The position numbers were made by a program, and so were the translations under genes. 64,000 nt of DNA from Octopus bimaculoides. Its lineage: Eukaryota. The notes under the pieces are model-generated. The model worked only from the letters and a program-made list of their open reading frames with translations, was not told where the DNA came from and did not search any database. The DNA lies in assembly GCF_001194135.2 (NCBI RefSeq), contig NC_069002.1, positions 23,678,698 to 23,742,697 of the forward strand. The letters run 5' to 3'. Below, piece by piece: positions 37,992 through 49,888 of this stretch (the stretch's first letter is position 1; every line of letters begins with the position of its first letter).

Positions 37992-38673
37992 TCATCATCA
38001 TCATCATCGTTTAACGTCCGCTTTCCATGCTAGCATGGGTTGGACGATTTGACTGAGGACTGGTGAAACCGGATGGCAACACCAGGCTCCAGTCTGATTT
38101 GGCAGAGTTTCTACAGCTGGATGCCCTTCCTAACGCCAACCACTCAGAGAGTGTAGTGGGTGCTTTTACGTGTCACCCGCACGAAAACGGCCACGCTCGA
38201 AATGGTGTCTTTNNNNNNNNNNNNNNNNNNNNNNNNNNNNNNNNNNNNNNNNNNNNNNNNNNNNNNNNNNNNNNNNNNNNNNNNNNNNNNNNNNNNNNNN
38301 NNNNNNNNNNNNNNNNNNNNNNNNNNNNNNNNNNNNNNNNNNNNNNNNNNNNNNNNNNNNNNNNNNNNNNNNNNNNNNNNNNNNNNNNNNNNNNNNNNNN
38401 NNNNNNNNNNNNNNNNNNNNNNNNNNNNNNNNNNNNNNNNNNNNNNNNNNNNNNNNNNNNNNNNNNNNNNNNNNNNNNNNNNNNNNNNNNNNNNNNNNNN
38501 NNNNNNNNNNNNNNNNNNNNNNNNNNNNNNNNNNNNNNNNNNNNNNNNNNNNNNNNNNNNNNNNNNNNNNNNNNNNNNNNNNNNNNNNNNNNNNNNNNNN
38601 NNNNNNNNNNNNNNNNNNNNNNNNNNNNNNNNNNNNNNNNNNNNNNNNNNNNNNNNNNNNNNNNNNNNNNNNT

Positions 38674-38938
38674 ATTAAATGCAATATGAAGAGCAATCTT
38701 CAGCTGCACGAAAATGCAGAAAATTACAGTAGAATAGACATATTATAATTGTGGCAACATTTCAAATCCAAGTTGGAGAAAGAATACATAAAGAATGTAT
38801 TCTTCCTCCCACTTGGATTTTTGTGTATTCTTTCTCCCACTTGGATTTGAAATGTTGCCACAATTATAATATGTCTATTCTACTGTAATTTTCTGCATTT
38901 TCGTGCAACTGAAGATTGCTCTTCATATTGCATTTAAT
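38674..38938. repeat. Near-perfect long inverted repeat
   Basis: 115-bp arms at 38674-38788 and 38824-38938 with 2 mismatches. The 35-nt spacer contains a duplicate of the start of the right arm. Confidence 0.9.
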
Positions 38939-39072
38939 GTAATGCTCGCATTACTTAAATAAATGGAGTAGCATGAAACGTGTGTACTGCAATCATCTTT
39001 GAAATCCACGTTGCTTATTTTGATTTTTTGATTTTATATATATATATACATATATATACACATATGTATGTA

Positions 39073-40060
39073 CAAGGGGTGTTCATTAAAGATTTTCCCT
39101 GATCCACTTCCCAAGAACTGGGATAAATGAATCTTGGCATAATTATTAGTCCTTCTCTAAATAGCCACCACCAATGGTGACACACTTCTCCCATTGCTTT
39201 ATGCAACTGTGAAGACCTTGTCTGTAGAAGTTGGTCGGTTGCGTCTGAAGCCAAGGCTTTACATCAGAAGTAAGTTCATCATCCTCTGAAAAGTGCTTCC
39301 CCTCCAAAAAAGAGTTCATGGTTGGAAAGAGGTGAAGGTCATATGGTGTGAGGTCTGGAAAGTAAGGGGGATGAGGAAGGATTTCATAGCTGCAGGAGTG
39401 TGCCTTCATCTTGGTAACATGTGCATTATGAACTGGAGCGTTGTCTTGGAGGAGGCAGACTCCTTTGGTCAGCATGCCACACCTGCCTACTTTGATGGCA
39501 TCCTGCAGCGGAGTAGCATAATATCCTCCATTAATAGTCTCAGGATCACAGTGATGGACCATGTTTCATCCTGTGTGATAAGTCTGTTGAAAAAGTCCCC
39601 CTCGTTTTCTTGGGACATTGCCAAAAGAGCCTGGAAGCAATTGACTCATTCCTGCTTCAGAAAAGGTGTTAGCATCTGGGGAATCCACCGTGCAGACAAC
39701 TTCCGCATGTGCAAATGGTCATGAAGGATTTTCTTCCACAGACCCTACACTTATCTCCACTTCTTGTGGTTGTAGCCAAATAGTTATGCAGCAATCCTCC
39801 AAAATGGTGGCTTCCACTTGATGGTTGGTGTTGTCATCAATGGCAGAATGTGGTTGTCCAAGAACAGGAGCAGTTTCCACTGATGTTCAAACCACATTTG
39901 AACTGGTGATACCAGTGCTTGACTACATCATATGATGGTGCATCATCACCATAAACTTCTTTCATTGCATCAAAAGTCTCTTTTGGTGTACAACCTTTCA
40001 AGTATAAGAACCTGATCACTGAACTGCATTCAACTGCCTCCATTATAACACCTTAGCCCA
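39073..40060 (-). mobile_element. Degenerate mariner (DD34D) transposon
   Basis: N-terminus VIRFLYLKG...VKHWYHQFKCG, then HHCDPET, then LLQDNAPVH...LPHPPYFPDLTPYDLHLF...QWEKCV. Terminus ta|caagggg at 39071. Confidence 0.85.
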
Positions 40061-40996
40061 CTTCAGCAGCCATAAAAGACAAGGAATGGCGATTTTAAAA
40101 TCTCAGCAGTTACATTTTACAAATGTGTAATTCGCCATTCTTCTTCGTGTTTATATACATATCACAAACACACACAAACACATGCACACATATATATAAC
40201 CCTTGAACAAGACTATCATTTTTCAATGATAGTTTAGCTGGCCAAATCTTCAAAGTCACTGTCAATAAGTTAATAAAATCTCTGTTTAAAAATAAATTTC
40301 ATCTCTACAAATGTATAGGGTAACCCATCAGATTAATATAAAATTGTTTTAATATAACTGAACATAAAATCAAACAAATATGTATGTATATATGTGTGTG
40401 TGCGTATAGATACATATATATGTGTATAAATACATATATGTATATATACATGTATGTATGGATGTATGGATACCCTTGTCCTTCCAATGTCCACTTTTCC
40501 ATGCTTCCTTATGTGGAACAGGGTTTATTGAAGTAGATTTCCTATGACCAGGTGTCATTCTTATCGCTAACCCTCATCGCTTTCCAAGCAAAGAAATATT
40601 TCCCCATGGCTAAGCATTTTTCTACAGAATATTGAAAATGAATGACACTACACGTATGACAGTGACACTCATTTACAAGTACCACATGATGTCAAGACAA
40701 GGAGATACAGACTCACATTCATACATACATACATAGCTTATAGATGCGAGACAGATATTCTTCATATAGAATACACTTAATAGTGCTCAAGAGATTTAGA
40801 CTTGATTGGGTAAAGGAGGAAATGAAAGGATAATCAAGTTAGTCAAGTTGATATACACAAAATATTAAATACATTTACTACAAAAAATGTACATAGGTTT
40901 GCATATAAAAAGGTCTGACTTACACAGAATAGAAGTGGTTGAATAAGAGTTTTACGAGTCCAACAGCTGTTTCTGGAGGTTGGTGGTCCAAAATGA

Positions 40997-41032
40997 TGGT
41001 TGTAAATCCAACAGCTGTTGGATTTACAACCA
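40997..41032. repeat. Perfect 36-bp palindrome centred on ACAGCTGT
   Basis: tggttgtaaatccaacagctgttggatttacaacca equals its own reverse complement. Confidence 0.9.
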
Positions 41033-41458
41033 ACATATATATACGTATGTGTGTATATGTGTGTGTATATTTGTGTGTCTGTGTTTATCCTCCCACCATC
41101 GCTTGACAACTGATGCTGGTGTGTTTACACCCCTGTAATTTGCCAGTTCGGCAAAAGAGACTGATAGAATAAGTACTTGGCTTACAAAGAATAAATTCTG
41201 GGGTCAATTTGTTCAACTAAAGGTGGTGCTCCAGCATGGCAGCAGTCAAATGATTGAAACAAATGAAAGAGTAAAAGAGTATATACATACATGTATATAT
41301 ATCTATAGATATGTGTGTTTTTGTGTATGTGTATGAATGTATTTTTTTATAAACTATCAAACTGTTTTGTTTTTATAAATTACATTGTTTTGGTTTTGAA
41401 ACAAAATATTATTATAAACATTTACATATATGAGACAATGCCTTCTCATGAAAGGTTG

Positions 41459-41790
41459 TATGAAGAGTGACTGAAAACATCATAGGCTGACCAAGATACT
41501 CTCATGGAAACTGACCCAATAAAGTTTATTTTTCAACATGGTCTCCCTTGAGGCCCACATATTTGTTCCATTGGTGTTGCAGTGCTTGGATCCCATTGGT
41601 GAAGAAGCTTCCATTCTGTTGGTCAAAAAAAGTCATCAACAGCAGTTATGACATCATCATCGTCACTGTGATACTGATTCCCAGCCAAGTGTTTTGTCAT
41701 GTTGGGGAAGAGATGACAGTCAGATGGGGTCAAATCAGGCCAAGGGGTGGGGGAGGATGATCTACCAGTTCAAAGCTACAATCACAAACT
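41459..41790 (-). mobile_element. Mariner 3' fragment
   Basis: Aligns with the starts of the 17801 and 55622 elements (cataggctgacc...ttggatcccattggtgaagaagcttcc). Confidence 0.65.
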
Positions 41791-42087
41791 TCTTACCACA
41801 CAACCATGCCTGCAACTATATTATCATCATCATTTAACATCCATTATCCATGCTGGCATGGGTTGGACGGTTTGACCAGGCTGGTAAGCTGAGGGGCTCC
41901 ACCAGACTCAAGTCTAATTTGGCATAGCTTTCTACAACTGGATGCCCTTCTTAACACCATCAACTCTGAGAGTGTAATGGATGCCTTTACGTGCCCCACC
42001 ATGGGTGCCAGTTGTGTGATACCAATATCTGCCACAATTATGATTTCACTTGGCTTGATGAGTCTTCTACTCAAGCACAGCATAATT

Positions 42088-42639
42088 TAAGAATCTCTTT
42101 CAGTTGTGCACCTAATGTTAAGAAAAAATTACTTATCACTCCTAAGCCAGTGACAGAGGCAGGTTGTTTATACAAGATTAGGAATGGATGCCCAGTGGAC
42201 AGCCAATGCAACACTGAGGCTACAGTGTCCCAATCAAAAGTTAGCCTCAAACGGAAGCAGCACTAATACCAGTAACATCAATGCCAACACAGGGACACAA
42301 ACTAAAATTTATGTTGGATCTTCTGAATCCAGATTTAAAATTCGCCTGAACAACCACAGATATTCTTTCAGGGTCCCGGAAAGACGCAACACAACAACAC
42401 TCGCAACATACTTATGGTGCCGAAGGGACGATTATATGCCCTTTAACATCAAGTGGAAATTATTGGAAACTTATGGACCCTATCGTAATGGAACAAGACT
42501 GTGTAAATTGTGTTTGGTAGAAAGATTTATAATTCTCATGAACTCACACGACCCAGGAGGCTACCTTAACTCCAGGATGGAAGCCATGGGGATTTGTCCA
42601 CATTTTCAGAAATTTTTACTTCAAAATTGGAAAACCTAG
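42088..42639 (+). mobile_element. 5'-truncated, frameshifted Penelope-like element C-terminus (GIY-YIG endonuclease)
   Basis: One frame gives RISFSCAPNVK...GCPVDSQC. After a frameshift near 42250 it continues KIYVGSSESRFKIRLNNHRYSF...TLATYLW...IKWKLL...CKLCLVERFIIL...LNSRMEAMGICPH. The YVG, R, E and N motifs and the Cys pattern are typical of PLE endonucleases. Confidence 0.8.
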
Positions 42640-42689
42640 CTATGATATGATGATGATGATGATATATATATATATATATATATATATTT

Positions 42690-42873
42690 AAATATAAGAG
42701 TGCATAAAGGTTTATACACAGAGAGAAGACCCTTGACGGGACTCCTTAAATGCTAAAAAGGGCAGTTAAAGCCCAAATCACGTAGTTTGAGCTTTAACTG
42801 CCCTTTTTAGCATGTAGGGACTCCTGTCAAGGGTCTCCTCTCTATGTATAAACCTTAATACACTCTTATATTT
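42690..42873. repeat. Essentially spacerless 184-bp palindrome
   Basis: aaatataagagtg...aaagcccaaa / tttgagcttt...cactcttatattt, about 90% arm identity, centred near 42781. Confidence 0.9.
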
Positions 42874-43634
42874 GAAAATATGTTATGTCTTAAAACTTTT
42901 ATTACACATTCTCACGGTGGTGCACCAGCATGACCGCAGCCACTTGGCTGAAACACATAAATAAATAAAAATTCTAACCACTGGTAATAAATTATTTTAA
43001 TTTATGACCCTCATAAATATATATATATATATATATATATAGGCTTCTTTCAGTTTCCATCTCCCAAATCCACTCACAACACTTTGATTAGACCAAGGTT
43101 ATAGAAGAAGACACTTGCCCAAGTTCCCATACCATAGGATTGAACCCAAACCCATGTGATTGGGAGGAAAACCTTTTAACCACACAGCCAAGCCTGTGTC
43201 TATATATCTAGAGATAGATAGATAGACATCGAGATAGATTGATAGACAGACAGACAGACAGATAGATAGATAAATAGATAGCTAGATGGTTAGATAGATA
43301 GATAAATAGATTGATAGATAGATAAATAGATAGCTAGATAAGTACATACACACACACACGTGCATATCGATGTGAGCTCATAGGTATAAAATAAGATGGA
43401 TGTAAATAGTGAAATGCGACACCTCTGACCCCAGTATATTTCTGGTACATACTTTTATTGAACCTAATCTATTGAAATATAAAGTAAATCAATTGTCATC
43501 CACTCACTACAAGGATCAGAGTTTAGAAATGTCAAAGAACAAAAGCATTAAACGTTGCAAACTACTTGTGTTGCATTTCACCGTTTCTATCAACTCAATG
43601 GCATCTGAATAAACCTTGAGTGTTATTAATAAAT

Positions 43635-43985
43635 ATGATGACAATGATGGTGATGATAGTGGTGGTGATGCTGATGATGATGAGTGTGGCAGTGGTGTTG
43701 ATGGTGTGATGATGGTGATGGCAGTGATGATGATGGTGGCGGCAGTGGTAGTGGTGGTGGTGGAGGTGATGATGGCACTGATGGTGATGATGATGATGAT
43801 GATGGCGACAGTGGTGGTGGTGGAGGTGATGATGATGATGGGTGTGATGAAAAATTATAGGAAGAATAATTATAAATAAGAATGGTAATAGCGATTACTG
43901 CAGCAATAGTAATTATCAAGAACAATATGATGATGATGACAATGCTGACAATGATGACGATGATGACGATGATAATAGTGATCAC
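43635..43985. repeat. (GAT/GGT)n low-complexity tract
   Basis: Directly visible. Similar tracts at 22880-23100 and 53020-53280; (TAGA)n at 43205-43340. Confidence 0.9.
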
Positions 43986-44570
43986 AAAGGCAATGACTGC
44001 AATATGAGATAAATATAGTAAAAAAAATCATTATTTTTTCTTCATCCTTTTTTTCTCTCTCATCCTCCCCCCCCCCACCACCACCTACACTGCTCCCTTC
44101 AATGTAAAATAAAATATTGTTAGTAGCTAAATGCCAGAATCTACAAGCAGTGTTTTGATGATACAACATTAACAACATCAATAAGCTCAACAACAACAAC
44201 AACAACAACAACATAAAAAAAATGAGCAATAAATTTTTTTTTTAATGAGGTGGGTTGTTTAAAACTACAAAAGGACAGAAAGCAAGTTGTCAAGAAAGAA
44301 TAATGGACGGTTTATACATATATTAAGCATAAATATACATTACGTGCACGCACACACAAATTCATATTTATATATATATATGTATGAATATGTATGTGTA
44401 TGTATATTTATGGAAAATGTGTGTGTGTGTGATATACGTACATCTATATATTTATATATATTAACATTATATATATATATATATATATTTATTTATATAT
44501 ATTAACATATATATAGAAATTTACATCTACGTATGTATGCATATGTACATGCATGTATATGTATGAAAAA

Positions 44571-44615
<45 letters not shown>

Positions 44616-47194
44616 TTACATATATGTATGTATGCTTGTGTACATGTATGTATATGTATGAAAAATGTGTGTGTGTGTATATATATATATATGAATATAC
44701 ATGTATAGATATGTATATACATGTATATGTGTGTGTGTTAGAATAAGTGTGTCTGTTTATCCATTTGTATGTTAAAGGACTATTGCTATTAGGCCACTAA
44801 TTTCACTGTAATTATCATATTAATAAAGAGAAAAGCTATTAAAATGATAATTACTGATGATACATTGTAATTAATTTAATTTACAAAATTAATTTTTTGT
44901 GACACCCGCACACGAGAAATAAAACTCCACCAATGTTTCTTGTGAACAAAGAACAGCAAAAATGCAAATATAACATAAAATAAAATTAATACCATAAAAC
45001 AAAATAACATAAATAAAATAATAATGTCACAACAATGTTGTTGTTATTATTTTTGTTGTTACTGAGCAAAGTGGGAAATGGTTAAAGTTGGGGTGCTGTG
45101 AGTTATATTCTTGGAATTATCCCTGTTAATCTTCCGTCTGTGAGTAAATCCTCAGCATGGAATTAGCTAACAGAATGAAGCAGTTATTGCAGAAAATTTG
45201 TCTGGAGATTTAGGGTTCTTAGAGCTTTTAATCTCCATTAAATATGGCATAGGATTAATTTGGTCAGGGTTTTATAATCTTTTCTATTCTAGAAACAGGG
45301 CTTGAAATTTGGAGGGAGGTGGGTCAGTCGATTAGATCAACCCCAGTATGCAACTGGTACTTAATTTATTGACCCCGTAAAGATGAAAGGCAAAGTTGAC
45401 CTTGGCATCGACCTTGGCAGAATTTGAACTCAGAGCGTAAAGACAGACAAAATACCATGAAACATTTCACCCGGCGTGCTAACATTTCTGCCAGCTCACC
45501 ACCTTGATATAAATTAATATTCTTTTCTGCTCTAGGCACAAGGCCCAAAATTTTTGGTGAGGGAGCCAGTCAATTAGATCGACCTCAGTACGCAACTGGT
45601 ACTGAATTTATCGACTCTGAAATGATGAAAGGCAAAGTTGACCTCAGCAGAATTTGAACTCAGAACATAAAGACAGACAAAATACCTCTAAGCCTGTTTT
45701 TGAGCTCTTTTTGCTTCTCAACCATATGATTGATGTTTGATCCCACTTCATGGCACCTTTTGGCTAACCAATGCCTTGTGTGCCATTTTTGGTTAGCAGA
45801 AACTGTGTGAAGCCCACTGTGTTGCAGTAAGTGCAGGCATGGCTGTGTGGTAAGTGGTTTGCTTCCTAACCACAGAGTTTCAGGCTTAACTCTTCAGCCT
45901 TTAAACCAGGCCATATCCAACCCAAATATTCTCTCTGATTTATGTCCAAGTGGGCCAGATCTTGCCTCTCACACCTTGCAATGTCCCTCTAAAAATAATA
46001 AACAATCATATCATTGGAATCTTGAAGCTCCAGGACAATGTATGGTTAATTCGAAACAATGGGAATGAAGGAGCTTTACTTTTGCTGACTGAATAATCTT
46101 AAGGCTGAAGGTTAAGTTCCATTGAGCAGATATAGCCCCAGGCCAACCAAAGCCTTCTGAGTGGATCTGGTTGACGGAGACTGAAAAAAACCGACCATAA
46201 GAGCAGGAGTGGCTGTGTGGTAAGAAGCTTGCTTCCCGAACACATGGTCCTCGGTTCAGTCCCACTCTGTGACATCTTGGGCAAATGTCTTCTAGTATAG
46301 CCTTGGGCTGACCAAAGCCTTGTGAGTGGATTTGGCGGACAGAAACTGAAAGAAGCCTGTCGTATATATATGTTTACATATTTATGTGTATTTCTGTGTT
46401 TGTGCCCCCATCACCACTTGACAACTGGTGTTGGTGTGTTTACGTCTCCATAACTTAGCAGTTCAGCAAAAGAGACCGATGGAATAAGTACCAGGTTTAG
46501 AAAACTAAGTACAGAGGCTGATTCCTTCTACTAGAAATTCGAGGCAGTGCTCCAGCATGACCAGTAAAGGATAAAGGATGTGTATGTGTGTGTGTGTGTG
46601 TCTTATTTTGCTATCATGTGATAGTTGTGAATGTGTGTCAATATCATAGTAGTGGTATTCTTTGCTTTGAAAACATGTCTGGCCATGAAGAAATATCCCC
46701 TGGCTTGGAAACAGGTGAGGGTTGATGACAGGAAGAGCACCCAGCAGTAGAAAATTTGCCTCAACAAATTCCTTCTGATGCATCCAAGCATGGAAAAGTG
46801 GGTGTGGGTGTTGAAACAATGATAGGATATGTTATCTTTTACTTGATTCAGTCATTCGACTGTGGCCATACTGGGGCACCACATTGAAGGGTTTAGTCAA
46901 ACAGATCGTCAACCCCCAGTACTTATTTTTTCAAAGTCTGGTAATTATTCTATCAAGCACTTTTGACAAACTGTTAGCTTACATGGATGTAAACAAACCA
47001 CCACTGGTCGTCAAGCAGTGGAGGGGGTGACACACACAAACACATGGATGGATGGATGGATGGCAGGCAGGCAGGCAGGCAGGCAGGCACAGTTGAAGAA
47101 ATGCCCAAGGTGTCCTGCAGTGGGATTGATCTTAAAATCCACATGATTAGAAAATTGCTTCTTAATACAGATCCATTACTGGTTACTTAAGTTT

Positions 47195-47363
47195 ATTATT
47201 ATTATTTTATGTTTGACTTTTGCTTTGCATTTGTACAAGTTGGATCTAAGTCTTACCCAGAGACATCAAGAGACAACAAGTTAGAAGTTCATGTAGGTGT
47301 TATGCCTTGGGTACCGTATATTTGGATTTGTACAGTGTTGTTCTAGAGAATGTTTAAGAAACC
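47195..47363 (-). mobile_element. (TAA)n-tailed repeat end, probably a non-LTR retrotransposon 3' UTR
   Basis: A homologous copy at about 48600-48710; both end in gcaaaagtcaaac...aataataat on the minus strand. Confidence 0.45.
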
Positions 47364-48709
47364 ANNNNNNNNNNNNNNNNNNNNNNNNNNNNNNNNNNNN
47401 NNNNNNNNNNNNNNNNNNNNNNNNNNNNNNNNNNNNNNNNNNNNNNNNNNNNNNNNNNNNNNNNNNNNNNNNNNNNNNNNNNNNNNNNNNNNNNNNNNNN
47501 NNNNNNNNNNNNNNNNNNNNNNNNNNNNNNNNNNNNNNNNNNNNNNNNNNNNNNNNNNNNNNNNNNNNNNNNNNNNNNNNNNNNNNNNNNNNNNNNNNNN
47601 NNNNNNNNNNNNNNNNNNNNNNNNNNNNNNNNNNNNNNNNNNNNNNNNNNNNNNNNNNNNNNNNNNNNNNNNNNNNNNNNNNNNNNNNNNNNNNNNNNNN
47701 NNNNNNNNNNNNNNNNNNNNNNNNNNNNNNNNNNNNNNNNNNNNNNNNNNNNNNNNNNNNNNNNNNNNNNNNNNNNNNNNNNNNNNNNNNNNNNNNNNNN
47801 NNNNNNNNNNNNNNNNNNNNNNNNNNNNNNNNNNNNNNNNNNNNNNNNNNNNNNNNNNNNNNNNNNNNNNNNNNNNNNNNNNNNNNNNNNNNNNNNNNNN
47901 NNNNNNNNNNNNNNNNNNNNNNNNNNNNNNNNNNNNNNNNNNNNNNNNNNNNNNNNNNNNNNNNNNNNNNNNNNNNNNNNNNNNNNNNNNNNNNNNNNNN
48001 NNNNNNNNNNNNNNNNNNNNNNNNNNNNNNNNNNNNNNNNNNNNNNNNNNNNNNNNNNNNNNNNNNNNNNNNNNNNNNNNNNNNNNNNNNNNNNNNNNNN
48101 NNNNNNNNNNNNNNNNNNNNNNNNNNNNNNNNNNNNNNNNNNNNNNNNNNNNNNNNNNNNNNNNNNNNNNNNNNNNNNNNNNNNNNNNNNNNNNNNNNNN
48201 NNNNNNNNNNNNNNNNNNNNNNNNNNNNNNNNNNNNNNNNNNNNNNNNNNNNNNNNNNNNNNNNNNNNNNNNNNNNNNNNNNNNNNNNNNNNNNNNNNNN
48301 NNNNNNNNNNNNNNNNNNNNNNNNNNNNNNNNNNNNNNNNNNNNNNNNNNNNNNGTTACATACTGCAGTCAGTCTAATTGAATGGCCCCCTATCACAAGA
48401 TAACAATGGCACTCTTCTTTTAATTTTGACTCTATATCTTCAGGAGGAGTTACCTCAATCCTTTCTATATTAACCAAAATGAAGTAGATTGACAAATTTA
48501 TCTTTTGAACCCATTGAAGATACACAAGATGGTGAAATATCGTTCACTAGATAACAATGGCACACTTCTTTTAATTTTGACTCTGTTATGATTATTATTA
48601 TTATTATTTGTTTGACTTTTGCTTTGCATTTGTACAAGTTGGCTCCAAGTTTCACCCAGAATCCTCAAGAGACAAGTTAGAAGTCCATGTTGGTGTTATG
48701 CCTAGGGTG

Positions 48710-48776
<67 letters not shown>

Positions 48777-49667
48777 TTATTTATTTATTGTTTTGGTTTT
48801 CCATAATCTAAATGAGGTTACTAGCAAAAGGTGACAACTTACTGTGCAGTCCAGGGAGTGCACAGAACAGAATAGGTCAAGTCGCTTCATTGTTTATTTT
48901 CAAAGAAATTGATGAGTTACTCAATAGCAACAATAGCAACAATATAAATTATTACCTCAACATTATTGTTCATATTATTATTATTATATTTTTTTGCTTC
49001 TCTGTTCTCTGTTGACAAGAGAATGTTTTATTATTTTCTCTTTTTTGTTTTATATCGTCTATGCATGTATCAACTAAGATTTACCTGATAAATTAATTAC
49101 AGTGTAATATTAATTAACTGATAATTAAACCAATTAAAATGCATGATCAAAGTAAAAATGAAGCAATTAATGAAGTGTTTTACAATATTTACCATCACCA
49201 AGGTAACGAGCTGGCAGAAACGTGAAGACACTGGACAAAATGTTGCTAAGCATTTTGTCTGTTTTTATGTTCTGAGTTCAAATCCCATGAAAGTCAACTT
49301 TGCGTTTCATCTTTTCAGGATCGATAAAATAAGTACCGGTCAAATATTGGGGTGAAATGAATTGACTTACACCCACCTCTGAAATTGCTGGCCTTGTGCC
49401 AAAATTTGAAACTATTATTTACCATCACCCCTTTTGAGTACTGAATTACAGAGAATTAAATAAATAAAGCTGTTAGTGTTTTGAATTTGTCTTTTATCAT
49501 TCTTCAGGAAGTGCATCAATAAAAGTACCAGTAACATACTGGGCTTAGTTCAGTAAACTATTTCTCCTCCATTACAAAAGTTAAACGGAACAAACCAATA
49601 TTTTCTACATTATCAATATCTTTTAGATTATAATCTTTTGTTACTGTTCATATATTTCATTTGTTAA

Positions 49668-49888
49668 CCCTTTGGTTGCCATATTTCTGTTGAGATGCTA
49701 CGTGTTTCTTTCAATTACTTTAAATAAAACAAAGAATTTAGTAAAATAACTTAGTTATCATTCAGCTAGTGTTAAGAACATTAATTGTGACTAACGTTTG
49801 GTGGAAGATTTTAATTCAGAACTTTTGCAAACAAGACATTTGTACTACAGAGCCAGAGGTGGTTTCAGAAAGGTTGGCAATGAAAGGG
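49668..49888. mobile_element. piggyBac-like MITE, second copy
   Basis: TTAA|CCCTTT...AAAGGG|TTCA; internal sequence homologous to 7781-7998. Confidence 0.7.

Noticed and set aside
42740-42780. UAA-AUGC...GGGCAGUUAAAGCCC, loosely like a twister ribozyme 5' half
   Set aside because: The RCGG/GCCCG P4 and the 3' pseudoknot strand are absent; the downstream sequence is simply the palindrome's other arm.
45868-45905. Minus-strand CUGAAGA-GUUAAGCCU-GAAAC-UC
   Set aside because: No credible stem II or stem I; it lies in a mutated family 1 SINE head, so it is probably coincidence.
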